From Candidatus Nomurabacteria bacterium (lineage in GTDB: Bacteria > Patescibacteriota > Minisyncoccia > Phycocordibacterales > UBA9973): a stretch of 64,000 bases of DNA. The DNA is taken from contig JAPLXU010000012.1 of NCBI GenBank assembly GCA_026395915.1, positions 8,996 to 72,995 of the forward strand. The letters run 5' to 3'. Positions 29,112 to 39,262 of the stretch are shown in pieces. A program made the position numbers and the translations under genes. The first letter of the stretch is position 1; every line of letters begins with the position of its first letter. The notes under the pieces are model-generated. The model worked only from the letters and a program-made list of their open reading frames with translations, did no database searches and had not been told where the DNA came from.

Positions 29112-29675
29112 ATGGAAATGGCAAAGGATCTGAAAGTTGGCATAATAATGGGTTCGGATTCTGATTTGGAAGTAATGTCGGAAGCGGCAAAAGTGCTTGA
29201 AGAATTTGGTGTCTCCTATGAAATTACCGTTGTTTCAGCGCATCGAAGCCCAAATCTTGCGCACAAATACGCAACCAGCGCAAAAGATAAAGGAATCAAA
29301 ATTATCATCGCTGGAGCAGGCGGAGCAGCGCATCTCGCTGGAGTAGTGGCATCGCTCACGAGCTTGCCCGTCATCGGTGTGCCTATTAAAACAAAAAATC
29401 TAGACGGACTGGATTCACTTCTTTCAACAGTCGGAATGCCTCCCGGAGTGCCCGTCGCAACTGTCGGAATAAATTCTGCAAAAAATGCTGGGTTGCTAGC
29501 TATCCAGATGCTTGCGCTTTCAGATAAAAATCTCGATGACAAATTGGTGGCATATAAAAATAAACTTGAAAAAGACACAAAAATAAAAAGCGAAAAACTT
29601 CTGAAAGTCGGATATAAAAAATATTTACCTGCCCGCAATGCTTCAGGCATAGCTGATGCAGGCGGGAAGAAATAA
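29112..29675 (+). CDS. purE: N5-CAIR mutase / AIR carboxylase catalytic subunit, with a C-terminal extension carrying a GC-rich repeat
   Basis: 'GIIMGSDSD' is the PurE pattern, together with 'IIAGAGGAAHLAG'. The C-terminal 13 codons (29628-29666) are a copy of the 'PARNA..AGG' GC-rich element. Confidence 0.85.
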   Translation: MEMAKDLKVGIIMGSDSDLEVMSEAAKVLEEFGVSYEITVVSAHRSPNLAHKYATSAKDKGIKIIIAGAGGAAHLAGVVASLTSLPVIGVPIKTKNLDGLDSLLSTVGMPPGVPVATVGINSAKNAGLLAIQMLALSDKNLDDKLVAYKNKLEKDTKIKSEKLLKVGYKKYLPARNASGIADAGGKK

Positions 29676-29677
29676 AA

Positions 29678-30835
29678 ATGAGCAAATTGACTAAAAAAAA
29701 GATTTATTCACAGGATGGGGTAGATGTCGAAGAAGAATCTTTGTTTAGTAGTTTTGCAGGATCTGTCTGCAAGGCTAGTTACAATAATTCACCTTTTGTT
29801 GAAATTCATGATTTATCGAATGGCAATTTTCGTGGCCCTCGACCTTTCACTTTTAAAAATCTTCCAGAAGGATATTTTATTGAAGCTTCAACTGACGGTA
29901 TAGGAACCAAAGGCATTATAATTGATGCCGCGAAAACTCATCATTTGGCAGCTTATGATTTGATAGCTATGACAGCGAGCGATATCACTCGTTACGGAGG
30001 TATCCCTTTGATCTGTGTGAATGTCTTTGACACTTCTTCTATAGGTAACAAAGGAGATCTCGTCAGTAAAACATACAAAAACGCAATTTCAGGTTTAGGA
30101 AAAGTTGCAAAAGAAGAAAAAATTGTTGTGCTAAAAGGGGAGACAGCTCAAATGGGAGACGCTCTCGGTTCGGAAATTGTTGATTCAAAAACTAAATTAA
30201 ATTGGTCGGGGACAATGATCGGCGCTTATCACAAAGATAAGATGATTACTGGTGACAAACTGGTTCCCGGGCAAATAATTATCGGACTGAAAGAAGATGG
30301 CTTTCGTTGCAACGGCATTAGTTCTGTCAGAAAAGCATTGAGAGAAAAATTCGGCAAAAAATGGTGGAAGAATCCGAAAGCTCAAAAGAGCATAAAAGAA
30401 GCAGCGACTCCGTCAGTACTCTATGATACTTTTGTAAACACGCTTCACGGCTGGTTCAACAAAGATTTTAAACCGGAAATCGCTATTCATTCTGTCGTTC
30501 ATCTTTCAGGTGGAGCCTTCAAAGAAAAACTTGCAAAAGACATTCTTTTCCCTAAAAAACTTTCTGCTGAACTTTTTGATTTATGGGAACCACCGCAGAT
30601 CATGAAAAATTGCGCCATGTGGCGTGATATCACTGACGAAGAATTTTATGAAGTCTGGCACGGAGGACAAGGCATGTTGTTAGTTGTTGACGAAAAAGAC
30701 GCAGCTTATTGCGTAAAAAGAGCAAAGAATTTTAAAATTAAAGCAAAGATCGTAGGTCGAATTACAAAAGAGGAAAAACCTCGAGTTTCAATAGTTTCTA
30801 AATTAAACGAGGGAAAAATTATTATTTATAAATAA
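29678..30835 (+). CDS. purM: phosphoribosylformylglycinamidine cyclo-ligase (AIR synthetase)-like
   Basis: N-terminal 'YSQDGVDVEEE' resembles the PurM 'Y..AGVDID' pattern. Two-domain PurM-like length. Placed within the pur cluster. Confidence 0.7.
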   Translation: MSKLTKKKIYSQDGVDVEEESLFSSFAGSVCKASYNNSPFVEIHDLSNGNFRGPRPFTFKNLPEGYFIEASTDGIGTKGIIIDAAKTHHLAAYDLIAMTASDITRYGGIPLICVNVFDTSSIGNKGDLVSKTYKNAISGLGKVAKEEKIVVLKGETAQMGDALGSEIVDSKTKLNWSGTMIGAYHKDKMITGDKLVPGQIIIGLKEDGFRCNGISSVRKALREKFGKKWWKNPKAQKSIKEAATPSVLYDTFVNTLHGWFNKDFKPEIAIHSVVHLSGGAFKEKLAKDILFPKKLSAELFDLWEPPQIMKNCAMWRDITDEEFYEVWHGGQGMLLVVDEKDAAYCVKRAKNFKIKAKIVGRITKEEKPRVSIVSKLNEGKIIIYK

Positions 30836-30841
30836 AACACA

Positions 30842-31774
30842 ATGAATATTTTAGAAAAAACAGATTTTAAAAATTTAGGTGAAAAATATGTTGGAAAAGT
30901 TAGAGATGTTTACAGTCAAAAAGACAAGGTGGTTTTGATTTCCACGGACAGATACTCAGCTTTCGATCGTAACTTGGCGTTAATACCTTGCAAAGGGCAA
31001 GTGTTGACTCAAGTTAGTCGTTTTTGGTTTGAAAATACAAAAGATATTGTGAAAAATCATGTTATAGATTATCCAGATCCGAATGTTATTGTTGGCAAAA
31101 AGTGCAAAGTCTTGCCAGTGGAAGTAGTGCCAAGAGCATATATCACTGGCGTAACTGGAACTTCTTTATGGACTCTGTATCAGAAAGGCGAGAGAAATTT
31201 TGGAGACTTTGTTTTACCAAACGGCATGCGTAAAAATCAGAAATTGGATAAGGTTGTACTGACACCTACCACCAAGCGCGAAGAACACGACAGGCCACTT
31301 TCAACAAAAGAAATAATTGAAGGCGGTTTTATGACAAAGGAACAGTGGGAAAAAGTCAAAGATGTTTCTTTAAAATTATTTAAACGCGGACAAGAAATTG
31401 CTTTACAAAAAGGATTGATCCTCGTAGATTGCAAATACGAATTTGGCTTAGATGAAAACGACGAAGTGATCTTGGTTGATGAAATTCATACTCCAGATTC
31501 TTCAAGATATTGGCAAGCGAAGACATATGAAGGCCGCATCAAGAAAGGTATGGAGCCGGAAAATTTCGATAAAGAATTCTTGCGTTTATGGTTTAAAGAA
31601 AATTGCGATCCATATAAAGACAAAGTTATGCCGAAAGCTCCAGTCGAGATGATAGAAGAATTATCTCGCAGATATATACAAATTTTTGAACAGATTACGG
31701 GAACAGCTTTCAAGGTTGAAACAGGAGACATTGAAAAAAGGATTAAAAATAATCTTAAAAAATATCAAATATAA
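30842..31774 (+). CDS. purC: SAICAR synthetase
   Basis: 'GKVRDVY', 'LISTDRYSAFD' and 'LVDCKYEFG' motifs. 310 aa, the long form. Confidence 0.85.
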   Translation: MNILEKTDFKNLGEKYVGKVRDVYSQKDKVVLISTDRYSAFDRNLALIPCKGQVLTQVSRFWFENTKDIVKNHVIDYPDPNVIVGKKCKVLPVEVVPRAYITGVTGTSLWTLYQKGERNFGDFVLPNGMRKNQKLDKVVLTPTTKREEHDRPLSTKEIIEGGFMTKEQWEKVKDVSLKLFKRGQEIALQKGLILVDCKYEFGLDENDEVILVDEIHTPDSSRYWQAKTYEGRIKKGMEPENFDKEFLRLWFKENCDPYKDKVMPKAPVEMIEELSRRYIQIFEQITGTAFKVETGDIEKRIKNNLKKYQI

Positions 31775-31775
31775 C

Positions 31776-33164
31776 ATGCCATTAAATTCAATTTCACCGA
31801 TAGACGGACGATATGAAAAATACACTGAATCATTGGTGCCTTATTTCAGTGAATCTGCTTCCATGAAATATAAAATTCTTACAGAATGTGAGTATTTAAT
31901 TGCCTTATCAGAAACAAAAAATATCGGGACAAGAAAATTTAGCGAAAAAGAAAAAGTTTTGCTAAGAAATTTATATCAAAAATTTTCATCAAAAGATGCT
32001 GAATTAATTAGTGATTTTGAATTAAGAGGTTATAAAAACATCAAAGCTACTAACCACGACTTCAAAGCAATAGAGTATTATCTTAAAGAAAAATTAGTAA
32101 ATACAAGCTTAAATGACATACTAGAATTTGTGCACTTTGGATTAACTAGTGAAGATGCAAGCAATATTGCCTATGCTTTAATGATCAGCGAGAGTGTAAA
32201 AAATGTATATCTACCAGCCATAGAAAATGTTTTAAATAAAATTGTAAAACTTGCGAGAGAAAATAAGAATATTCCTATGCTTTCTAGAACTCATGGGCAA
32301 CCAGCTTCACCTACCACTTTTGGTAAGGAATTTAAAATATTTGAGGAAAGATTAAAACGTCAGATAAATCAATTAAAAAATCAAAAAATATCAGCAAAAT
32401 TGAACGGAGCAACGGGAAATTATAATGCATTATATATTGCTTATCCAGATATTGACTGGATGGAATTTTCCAAAAAGCTTATAAAAAAAATTGGATCCCA
32501 AAGAAATATAAACCTAGAGGTGAACTTATATACAACTCAAATTGAACCACATGATAGTTATATTGAGCTTTTTGATATATTAAAACGAATAAATTACATC
32601 GTAATAAATTTTAATCAAGATTTGTGGCGTTATATAAGCGATGGATGGATTGGTCAAAGACCAGTAGAGGGAGAGATAGGATCTTCAACGATGCCTCACA
32701 AAATAAATCCTTGGTTTTTAGAAAACAGCGAAGGTAATTTAGGAATGGCAAATGCCCTATTTGAATTTTTTGCAAGGAAATTTCCCATTTCACGTCTACA
32801 AAGAGATTTGTCGGATTCTACTGTCTTAAGAAATATCGGCACTACTTTCGCTCATAGCTTGATAGGTTTTTCGTATCTTAATAATCAGTTAGGCAGGATC
32901 ATTGTTAATAAAGAAGAAACTCTTAAGGATTTAAATGATCATCCGGAAGTGATTACCGAAGCCATTCAAACTATTCTGCGACGTGAGGGTGTCAAAATGC
33001 CGTATGAAAAATTGAAAGAATTAACTCGAGGCAAAGTTGTAACGCTTTCTGATATTCATAAATTTATTGAAACATTAGAGATAAGCGAAAAGGTAAAAAA
33101 GGAATTGTTAAAAATTACGCCAGAAAATTACACAGGACTAGCGTCCAAACTTGCTTCGAGGTAA
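31776..33164 (+). CDS. purB: adenylosuccinate lyase
   Basis: Start at the internal Met directly after the purC stop (MPLNSISPIDGRYEK..). 'SSTMPHKINP' fumarate-lyase signature. Confidence 0.9.
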   Translation: MPLNSISPIDGRYEKYTESLVPYFSESASMKYKILTECEYLIALSETKNIGTRKFSEKEKVLLRNLYQKFSSKDAELISDFELRGYKNIKATNHDFKAIEYYLKEKLVNTSLNDILEFVHFGLTSEDASNIAYALMISESVKNVYLPAIENVLNKIVKLARENKNIPMLSRTHGQPASPTTFGKEFKIFEERLKRQINQLKNQKISAKLNGATGNYNALYIAYPDIDWMEFSKKLIKKIGSQRNINLEVNLYTTQIEPHDSYIELFDILKRINYIVINFNQDLWRYISDGWIGQRPVEGEIGSSTMPHKINPWFLENSEGNLGMANALFEFFARKFPISRLQRDLSDSTVLRNIGTTFAHSLIGFSYLNNQLGRIIVNKEETLKDLNDHPEVITEAIQTILRREGVKMPYEKLKELTRGKVVTLSDIHKFIETLEISEKVKKELLKITPENYTGLASKLASR

Positions 33165-33441
33165 TATAGAGTGCATGTTACTTCGAATTTTAGCTTCCGT
33201 AATACTTCTTTTTTCTGTACTTTTTGCGCCTTTTTGGGTGACGGTTATTTTAGCATTGATTTGCATGGCATATTTTCCTTTTTTTCTTGAAGCTGTTTTT
33301 TTGCTTCTTCTGTCAGACTTGCTCTATGGAGCGCCGGAAATGAGACTTTTCAACACAACCTATGTTTCTTTCATTTTAACGCTGATTTTTTTCATAATTT
33401 TTGAATTATTAAAAAAGAAAATAAGATATAATCAAAAATAA
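33151..33441 (+). CDS. small hydrophobic membrane protein (MreD-like by position, unverified)
   Basis: ~96 aa, predicted multiple TM helices. Immediately upstream of PBP2. Confidence 0.3.
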   Translation: MLRGNIECMLLRILASVILLFSVLFAPFWVTVILALICMAYFPFFLEAVFLLLLSDLLYGAPEMRLFNTTYVSFILTLIFFIIFELLKKKIRYNQK

Positions 33442-33446
33442 AACGT

Positions 33447-35204
33447 ATGACTTTTAGAAATTTTTTAAAATTCGCCAATCGACATAAAAATAATGGGCAT
33501 GATTTTGTTGAACCGGACGAAATTTTTCTCGATTCAAAAAACTTACAAAACTTTGACCGCCAGCAATTTGAGGGCAGAATAGAAAAACCTATTTCAAAGA
33601 GAACTATTGTTTTTCTTGGTGCCTTCTTTTTTCTTATGATAATTATTTTTGGAACTCGGCTAATAGATCTCCAGGTGAAAAATGGAGACAGCTATAGGCA
33701 AAGAAGTGAAAACAATATTTTGCAAAAAGTGAATATTTTCGCCGAAAGGGGAGCCATCTATGATCGAAACAAAAAAGAACTGGTTTGGAATGAAAAAAGC
33801 GACAATGAGACAGGGGATCTATCTGAATTGTCATATACTCGCGCCTACCTATCTCCAGGATTTTCTCATGTGCTTGGTTATGTGAGTTATCCAACGAAGG
33901 ATCATGCTGGGAACTATTGGCAAGATGAATTCATTGGAAAGGACGGTCTCGAAAAAAAATATAATGACAAGATAAATGGCGAAAACGGTTCAAAGATAAT
34001 TGAAACTGACGCCAGAGGAAATATTCATTCTGAAAATATTGTTAATATGCCGAATCGTGGAAGCGATCTAGTAACGAGCATTGACTCTCGAATTCAGACT
34101 GAATTGTTTACTCTTATTAGAAACCTATCCGAAAGTAATAATTTTACAGGCGGTGCAGGAGTTATGATGAACGCGCAGAATGGAGAGATATTAGCTTCTA
34201 CTAGCTTTCCCGAGTATGACTCTGGGGTCCTTTCTTTAGGCAAAGATTCAAAAAAAATTAGCACATATGTGACTGACAAAAGAAAATTTTTTTTAGATAG
34301 AACTATTTCAGGGCTTTATACCCCTGGCTCTATCGTTAAACCTTTTTTTGCTCTAGGCGCTTTGACAGAAGGTGTAATTGATCAAAATAAAAAAATTCTT
34401 TCGACAGGTTCTATTTCCATTCCGAATCCATATTTTCCTGATCAAAAAACAGTTTTCAAGGACTGGCGAGTAAACGGCTGGACGAATATGGCTGAAGCGT
34501 TGGCTGTCTCTTCGGACGTCTATTTTTATGAAATTGGAGGAGGTTTTGAAGACCAAAAAGGACTTGGTATCACAAATATTGAAAAATACGCGAATCTTTT
34601 TGGCTTTGGTGATAGGACAGGAGTTGATCTTCCGGACGAAACAAAAGGCACGATTCCTAGTCCAGGATGGAAGGCGTTGAACTTCAAAGGAGATGCTTGG
34701 CGCATCGGAGACACTTATCATACAGCGATAGGCCAGTATGGATTTCAAGTTACTCCGATGGAAATGGCGCGAGCCGTCTCTGCTATCGCTAACTATGGCA
34801 AACTTCTGACTCCACATTTCCTACTGAATGACACCGAAATGCCTGCCCGCAATGCTTCGCATAGCGATGCAGGCGGGGAAAATCAAGTTACTCAAATAAA
34901 CATACCAAAAGAGTACTTTGATGTAGTTCACGAAGGAATGAGGCAAGCAGTAACAGACGGAACAGCAACTTCACTTAACGTGCCTTATGTAAAAGTTGCA
35001 GTTAAAACTGGTACAGCTCAAATCGGAGTAGCAAATAATAAAGTAAACTCCTGGGTTATCGGTTTCTTTCCGTATGAAAATCCAAAATACGCGTTTGCGG
35101 TAATGATGGAAGCCGGTCCGACAACAAATAGCGCAAACGCATCTACCATAATGCGTGAACTTTTAGACTGGATGTCCACCAACACTCCAGAGTATTTTCA
35201 ATAG
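33447..35204 (+). CDS. mrdA: class B penicillin-binding protein (PBP2-like peptidoglycan transpeptidase)
   Basis: 'SIVKPF' (SxxK), 'KTGTAQ' (KTG) and an N-terminal TM. Contains an in-frame GC-rich 'PARNASHSDAGGE' insert (34842-34877). Confidence 0.8.
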   Translation: MTFRNFLKFANRHKNNGHDFVEPDEIFLDSKNLQNFDRQQFEGRIEKPISKRTIVFLGAFFFLMIIIFGTRLIDLQVKNGDSYRQRSENNILQKVNIFAERGAIYDRNKKELVWNEKSDNETGDLSELSYTRAYLSPGFSHVLGYVSYPTKDHAGNYWQDEFIGKDGLEKKYNDKINGENGSKIIETDARGNIHSENIVNMPNRGSDLVTSIDSRIQTELFTLIRNLSESNNFTGGAGVMMNAQNGEILASTSFPEYDSGVLSLGKDSKKISTYVTDKRKFFLDRTISGLYTPGSIVKPFFALGALTEGVIDQNKKILSTGSISIPNPYFPDQKTVFKDWRVNGWTNMAEALAVSSDVYFYEIGGGFEDQKGLGITNIEKYANLFGFGDRTGVDLPDETKGTIPSPGWKALNFKGDAWRIGDTYHTAIGQYGFQVTPMEMARAVSAIANYGKLLTPHFLLNDTEMPARNASHSDAGGENQVTQINIPKEYFDVVHEGMRQAVTDGTATSLNVPYVKVAVKTGTAQIGVANNKVNSWVIGFFPYENPKYAFAVMMEAGPTTNSANASTIMRELLDWMSTNTPEYFQ

Positions 35205-35269
35205 TAACTTTTTTAGCCTTAATATATACTCGGTTGCATATTGAAGCCTTTTTGCGGTATAATACTCCA

Positions 35270-35485
35270 ATGCGTAAAATATATTTGCTTTTGATTTTAG
35301 GTATATGGATAGCAATTTTGCCATATCTTGGCTTCCCAGATTCTTGGAAAAATGTCTTAGCGACTCTTTCTGGACTTGGGCTGATGATTATAAGTTATAT
35401 CTTTTATAAAGAAAACAAGGCGAGAGAAACAAAGAAAGAAACTTTTGATAATTTCTCAGAAAATAATGCAAATATCTTCAAATAG
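35270..35485 (+). CDS. small membrane protein (hypothetical)
   Basis: Two predicted TM helices. The start could also be further upstream at 35234. Low information. Confidence 0.25.
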   Translation: MRKIYLLLILGIWIAILPYLGFPDSWKNVLATLSGLGLMIISYIFYKENKARETKKETFDNFSENNANIFK

Positions 35486-36680
35486 TAGTATAAAAAATGC
35501 AACAATAACTCTAGCGATTTTAGGCGCTTTTTTTTTGGGCGCATATGTAGACAACCATAACCGTCCAGCGATAGACAAAGTATTTCTCGCCAACAAGGAA
35601 ATGGCTGTAAAGACTGAAGCCGATTTCTCTCCATTCTGGAAAGTTTGGAACACCATTAATGAAAAATACCCAAAAGCTGACAAAATAACCGACCAAGAGA
35701 GGGTTTATGGAGCCATTTCCGGCCTTATGGGCTCTCTTAATGATCCGTACAGCGTATTCTTTAGCCCTGACGACGCAAAATCCTTTGAAGACGAAATAGC
35801 TGGCAATTTTACTGGAATTGGTATGGAAGTCGGGATAAAGGATAAAATACTCACGGTTATTGCTCCGCTCAAAGATACGCCAGCCTACAGAGCGAACATT
35901 AAGCCCGGTGATAAGATTCTTAAAATCGACAAGACCGTTACTTCTTCTTTGGGCATCGAAGATGCAATAAAATTGATTCGAGGAGAAAAAGGTACACCGG
36001 TTACTCTCACAATTTTTAGAGAAGGAAACAAAGATCCGATTGAAGTTAGAATCGTGAGAGATACCATCAATGTACCAACTTTAGACACTGAGCTCCGACC
36101 TGATGGCATTTTCGTCATAAAACTTTACAGTTTCTCTGCTAACTCGGCTGATCTTTTCCGAAATGCTATGAAAAGTTTTGTTGAATCTAAAACTGACAAA
36201 TTGATTTTAGATTTACGAGGAAACCCAGGTGGATATTTGGATTCAGCCGTTGATATCTCAAGTTGGTTCTTGCCGAGCGGAAAGACAGTCGTGACTGAAG
36301 ACTATGGCAACAATCAAAAACCTGAAATATTTAGAAGTAAAGGTTATAACATCTTCAACGATAAGCTGAAATTTGTCATTTTAATAAATGGCGGTTCGGC
36401 CTCAGCGTCTGAGATCGTAGCTGGCGCCATGCAAGACAATGGGCGAGCGAAACTCGTAGGTAGCCAAAGTTATGGGAAAGGTTCTGTGCAAGAGGCCATA
36501 AAAATCACTCCGGACACTTTCTTAAAAATTACTGTCGCGAAATGGCTCACGCCGAATGGAACTTCTATTTCTGAGAAAGGCCTGACTCCAGATTATCCCG
36601 TAGAAATTACGCAAAAAGATTTGGATGCCAAAAAAGATCCGCAATTAGATAAAGCAGTGGAAGTATTATTAGGCAAATAA
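35445..36680 (+). CDS. ctpA: carboxyl-terminal processing protease (S41 family)
   Basis: PDZ domain. 'ILDLRGNPGG' S41 motif. Possible alternative start at 35466. Confidence 0.85.
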   Translation: MIISQKIMQISSNSSIKNATITLAILGAFFLGAYVDNHNRPAIDKVFLANKEMAVKTEADFSPFWKVWNTINEKYPKADKITDQERVYGAISGLMGSLNDPYSVFFSPDDAKSFEDEIAGNFTGIGMEVGIKDKILTVIAPLKDTPAYRANIKPGDKILKIDKTVTSSLGIEDAIKLIRGEKGTPVTLTIFREGNKDPIEVRIVRDTINVPTLDTELRPDGIFVIKLYSFSANSADLFRNAMKSFVESKTDKLILDLRGNPGGYLDSAVDISSWFLPSGKTVVTEDYGNNQKPEIFRSKGYNIFNDKLKFVILINGGSASASEIVAGAMQDNGRAKLVGSQSYGKGSVQEAIKITPDTFLKITVAKWLTPNGTSISEKGLTPDYPVEITQKDLDAKKDPQLDKAVEVLLGK

Positions 36681-36686
36681 TTTTTT

Positions 36687-36761
36687 CAGCAAACAATTTT
36701 CGAAAATACGCCCTCGAGGTCATAAGGATAAGGAACTCACTTTTCTTAAAATTGTTTACTG
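36687..36761 (+). ncRNA. conserved structured intergenic element, copy 2
   Basis: cagcaaacaatttt ... aaaattgtttactg stem (14 bp, 1 mismatch) around the core CGAAAATACGCCCTCGAGGTCATAAGGATAAGGAACTCACTTTTCTT. Lies 18 nt upstream of the rplI ATG. Confidence 0.5.
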
Positions 36762-36778
36762 AAAAATATAAAATAGAT

Positions 36779-37222
36779 ATGAAAGTAATATTTTTAAGCG
36801 ATGTGCCAAGAGTTGGGAAAAAATATGACGTAAAAGAAGTTAATGATGGTTACGCCATGAATTTTTTGTTGCCGAGAAAATTAGCAACTATGGCTACGCC
36901 AAAGGCTCTTGCAGAACTTGAAACAAGGAAGAAAGAGATCTCAATCGAGAGGGAAGTGCAAGAAGAACTTTTAATGAAAAATCTGGAAGAAATCAAAGGC
37001 AAGACTATCACAATCAAAGGCAAAACAAACGACAAAGGGCATCTCTTTTCCGCGATTCACAAAAAAGAAATTACTGAAGCGATGAAAGAGCAGAATCGCG
37101 CAGAAATTAGCGAAGAATTTATTATTCTAGAAAAACCAATTAAAGAAGTAGGGGAACACGAAATCCAAGTCTCAATAAAAGGCAAAAAGTCCTCGTTTAA
37201 GCTTCTCGTAGAGAAAATATAA
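36779..37222 (+). CDS. rplI: ribosomal protein L9
   Basis: 'MKVIFLSDVPRVGKKYDVKEV' N-terminus (start at the internal Met of the listed ORF). ~148 aa. Confidence 0.85.
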   Translation: MKVIFLSDVPRVGKKYDVKEVNDGYAMNFLLPRKLATMATPKALAELETRKKEISIEREVQEELLMKNLEEIKGKTITIKGKTNDKGHLFSAIHKKEITEAMKEQNRAEISEEFIILEKPIKEVGEHEIQVSIKGKKSSFKLLVEKI

Positions 37223-37283
37223 AAGTTGTTTCTGTTTAACTACTTTACTTAACTAAAGTGAACAGAAAAAACATATCAAATAT

Positions 37284-38279
37284 ATGAAATTAGAGGAACA
37301 ACTCAAATCAAAAATTACTTTTCTTAATAAACCTAAACTGTCTGCACATGAAGCAGATAGCAAGTTCAATGCAAGAAGGCTTGAACTTATTCCTCACGTT
37401 AAGAATTATATTTCTAAACATGAAAAGTTTAAAGGAAAAGAAGTTAGAGTTACTATTGCAGAAAAGGGAGTTTCATCTCTGGTATGTATAATTGAAACTA
37501 GTAAAGAAAAAATTGTTTTAAAAATCCATTTAAGCATTACTGACGCTAATGGCGAAGCTCAATTTTTGGAAACATGGGAACGAGCGGGAGTAAAAGTTCC
37601 TCATGTAATTGAAGAAGGCTTGATAAATGGACACGAATACACTTTAATGGAATTTATTGATGCAAGGCCATTAAATGAGGTTTATAAGAAAGGAGAAATA
37701 GTTAAAAGAGAAATCTATGTGGAACTTGGAAGTATTCTTCGCGCGATGCACGAACCGAAGGTAGAGGGCTATGGCAGAGTTGTTAATGGTAAAGCAGAAT
37801 TTTTAAAATTTGATGATTGGATTCACGATGAAGATGTGCAGAAAAAATTCAGATATGTTCAAGAACATAAACTTTTGGGAGATGAACACGGATCACTAGA
37901 TGTTGCATTAAGAGTATTAACTGAATATGCTGATAGAGAAAACAGAAGCAGTTATTGTCATAACGATTTTGGAACTGCAAATATTTTTGCAACGGATCCA
38001 CTGACTATTTTTGATCCTCGTCCAAGATTTAATAATGCGTATTTTGATCTTGGGACTAGTATAATGATGACTATAGCCAATGATAACGGACTGTTAAGAG
38101 CTAAAGAACAATTAGTTAAAGGATACTTCAAAGGTGAACCTTATGATGAAAAGGTTCTGCATGCTTCTATTTTATTAAATGCTTACATGAAATTCCCATA
38201 TTCACATAAAATTAAAAACCTTGAACGAATGAGAAACGTTCAAGAGTACCTCATCAAAAATAAACAAATACTAGATTAG
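37284..38279 (+). CDS. kinase-like phosphotransferase (aminoglycoside/choline-kinase APH family)
   Basis: '[11 protein letters not shown]' fits the HxDxxxxN catalytic loop of the APH/ChoK family. 331 aa. Confidence 0.5.
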   Translation: MKLEEQLKSKITFLNKPKLSAHEADSKFNARRLELIPHVKNYISKHEKFKGKEVRVTIAEKGVSSLVCIIETSKEKIVLKIHLSITDANGEAQFLETWERAGVKVPHVIEEGLINGHEYTLMEFIDARPLNEVYKKGEIVKREIYVELGSILRAMHEPKVEGYGRVVNGKAEFLKFDDWIHDEDVQKKFRYVQEHKLLGDEHGSLDVALRVLTEYADRENRSSYCHNDFGTANIFATDPLTIFDPRPRFNNAYFDLGTSIMMTIANDNGLLRAKEQLVKGYFKGEPYDEKVLHASILLNAYMKFPYSHKIKNLERMRNVQEYLIKNKQILD

Positions 38280-38548
38280 ATGACGTTCACCGTTTTCTTT
38301 ACTGCGGTTTTGCCATTGAAAGAGATTTTACGTCTTGAGCCAAATTTTACAGTGCCGTCTTTGAGGGCAAAGAGGGTATGATCCTTGCCTAAACCGACAT
38401 TGTTGCCAGCCATGATGACTGTGCCACGCTGACGTACAATAATAGAACCAGATTGAGCCTTTTCACCATCGTAAAGCTTAACCCCAAGGTATTGTGGATT
38501 TGAGTCTCTTAAATTTTTGGCGGTACCGCCGGCTTTCCTATGTGCCAT
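38276..38548 (-). CDS. rpmA: ribosomal protein L27
   Basis: '[29 protein letters not shown]' is the canonical L27 N-terminus. There is a C-terminal extension. Confidence 0.9.
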   Translation of the reverse strand: MAHRKAGGTAKNLRDSNPQYLGVKLYDGEKAQSGSIIVRQRGTVIMAGNNVGLGKDHTLFALKDGTVKFGSRRKISFNGKTAVKKTVNVI

Positions 38549-38596
38549 ATGATTTTAATGATATAATTTAATAACGAATTCAGTATAAACAATTCT

Positions 38597-38965
38597 ATGG
38601 AAAAAATCAAGCTTTTTATTGAGAGTGAAAAAGGGAAGGACATTATGATAGTTGTTATCGTTATTTTGGTCGGCTTGGCCTCATTTGAGCTAGGTAGACT
38701 ATCAAAGGAAGACACCAACGCAGGCATAAAGATAGAATATCCGAGTCAAACTGCAAATCAAACTACAGATTCGGTTTCGACAACTTCAGCAAATCAAAAT
38801 ACGATTTCTGTTGGAAAAACTTTTTTTGCTTCAAGCAAGGGAGGTAAATACTACACGATCAGTTGCTCGGCAGGCAAAACTATCAAACAAGAAAATAGAA
38901 TCTATTTCGCGACAGGGGAAGAGGCGCAAAAGGCAGGCTATACGCTTTCTAGCTCGTGCAATTAA
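38597..38965 (+). CDS. membrane-anchored hypothetical protein
   Basis: N-terminal TM (IMIVVIVILVGLASF). C-terminal 'KGGKYYTISCSAGKTI...YTLSSSC' small Cys-containing domain. Confidence 0.35.
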   Translation: MEKIKLFIESEKGKDIMIVVIVILVGLASFELGRLSKEDTNAGIKIEYPSQTANQTTDSVSTTSANQNTISVGKTFFASSKGGKYYTISCSAGKTIKQENRIYFATGEEAQKAGYTLSSSCN

Positions 38966-39061
38966 AATAGTACCGTGTCGCACAATATATGTTGCGGTCT
39001 CACTAAGACCGCAAACATTGCGCACATTGTACGCACATAAAAATGTCGCACAATGTGCTTT

Positions 39062-39262
39062 CTACTTCACACTATTAAATAGATCCTTAAACCAATTCAG
39101 AGCTTGTTGAAACCAATTCATGATATCAGTCCAAGTGAGATGGAAATAATTAAGAATTCCAGTAATCGTCACGTGAAAATATTTCATTAATAGAAGAGCA
39201 ATAATAATGACTATTATTAATTTTATGAAACCATCCTGCTTATTTTTTATTATATTTTTCAT
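39062..39262 (-). CDS. small membrane protein (hypothetical)
   Basis: 66-aa hydrophobic ORF overlapping the next gene by 4 nt. Weak support. Confidence 0.2.
   Translation of the reverse strand: MKNIIKNKQDGFIKLIIVIIIALLLMKYFHVTITGILNYFHLTWTDIMNWFQQALNWFKDLFNSVK

Noticed and set aside
37223-37283. Hairpin (tttctgtt..aacagaaa) after rplI as a terminator
   Set aside because: It is followed by an A-run rather than a T-run on the coding strand. It may still be a weak or minus-strand structure, but support is insufficient.
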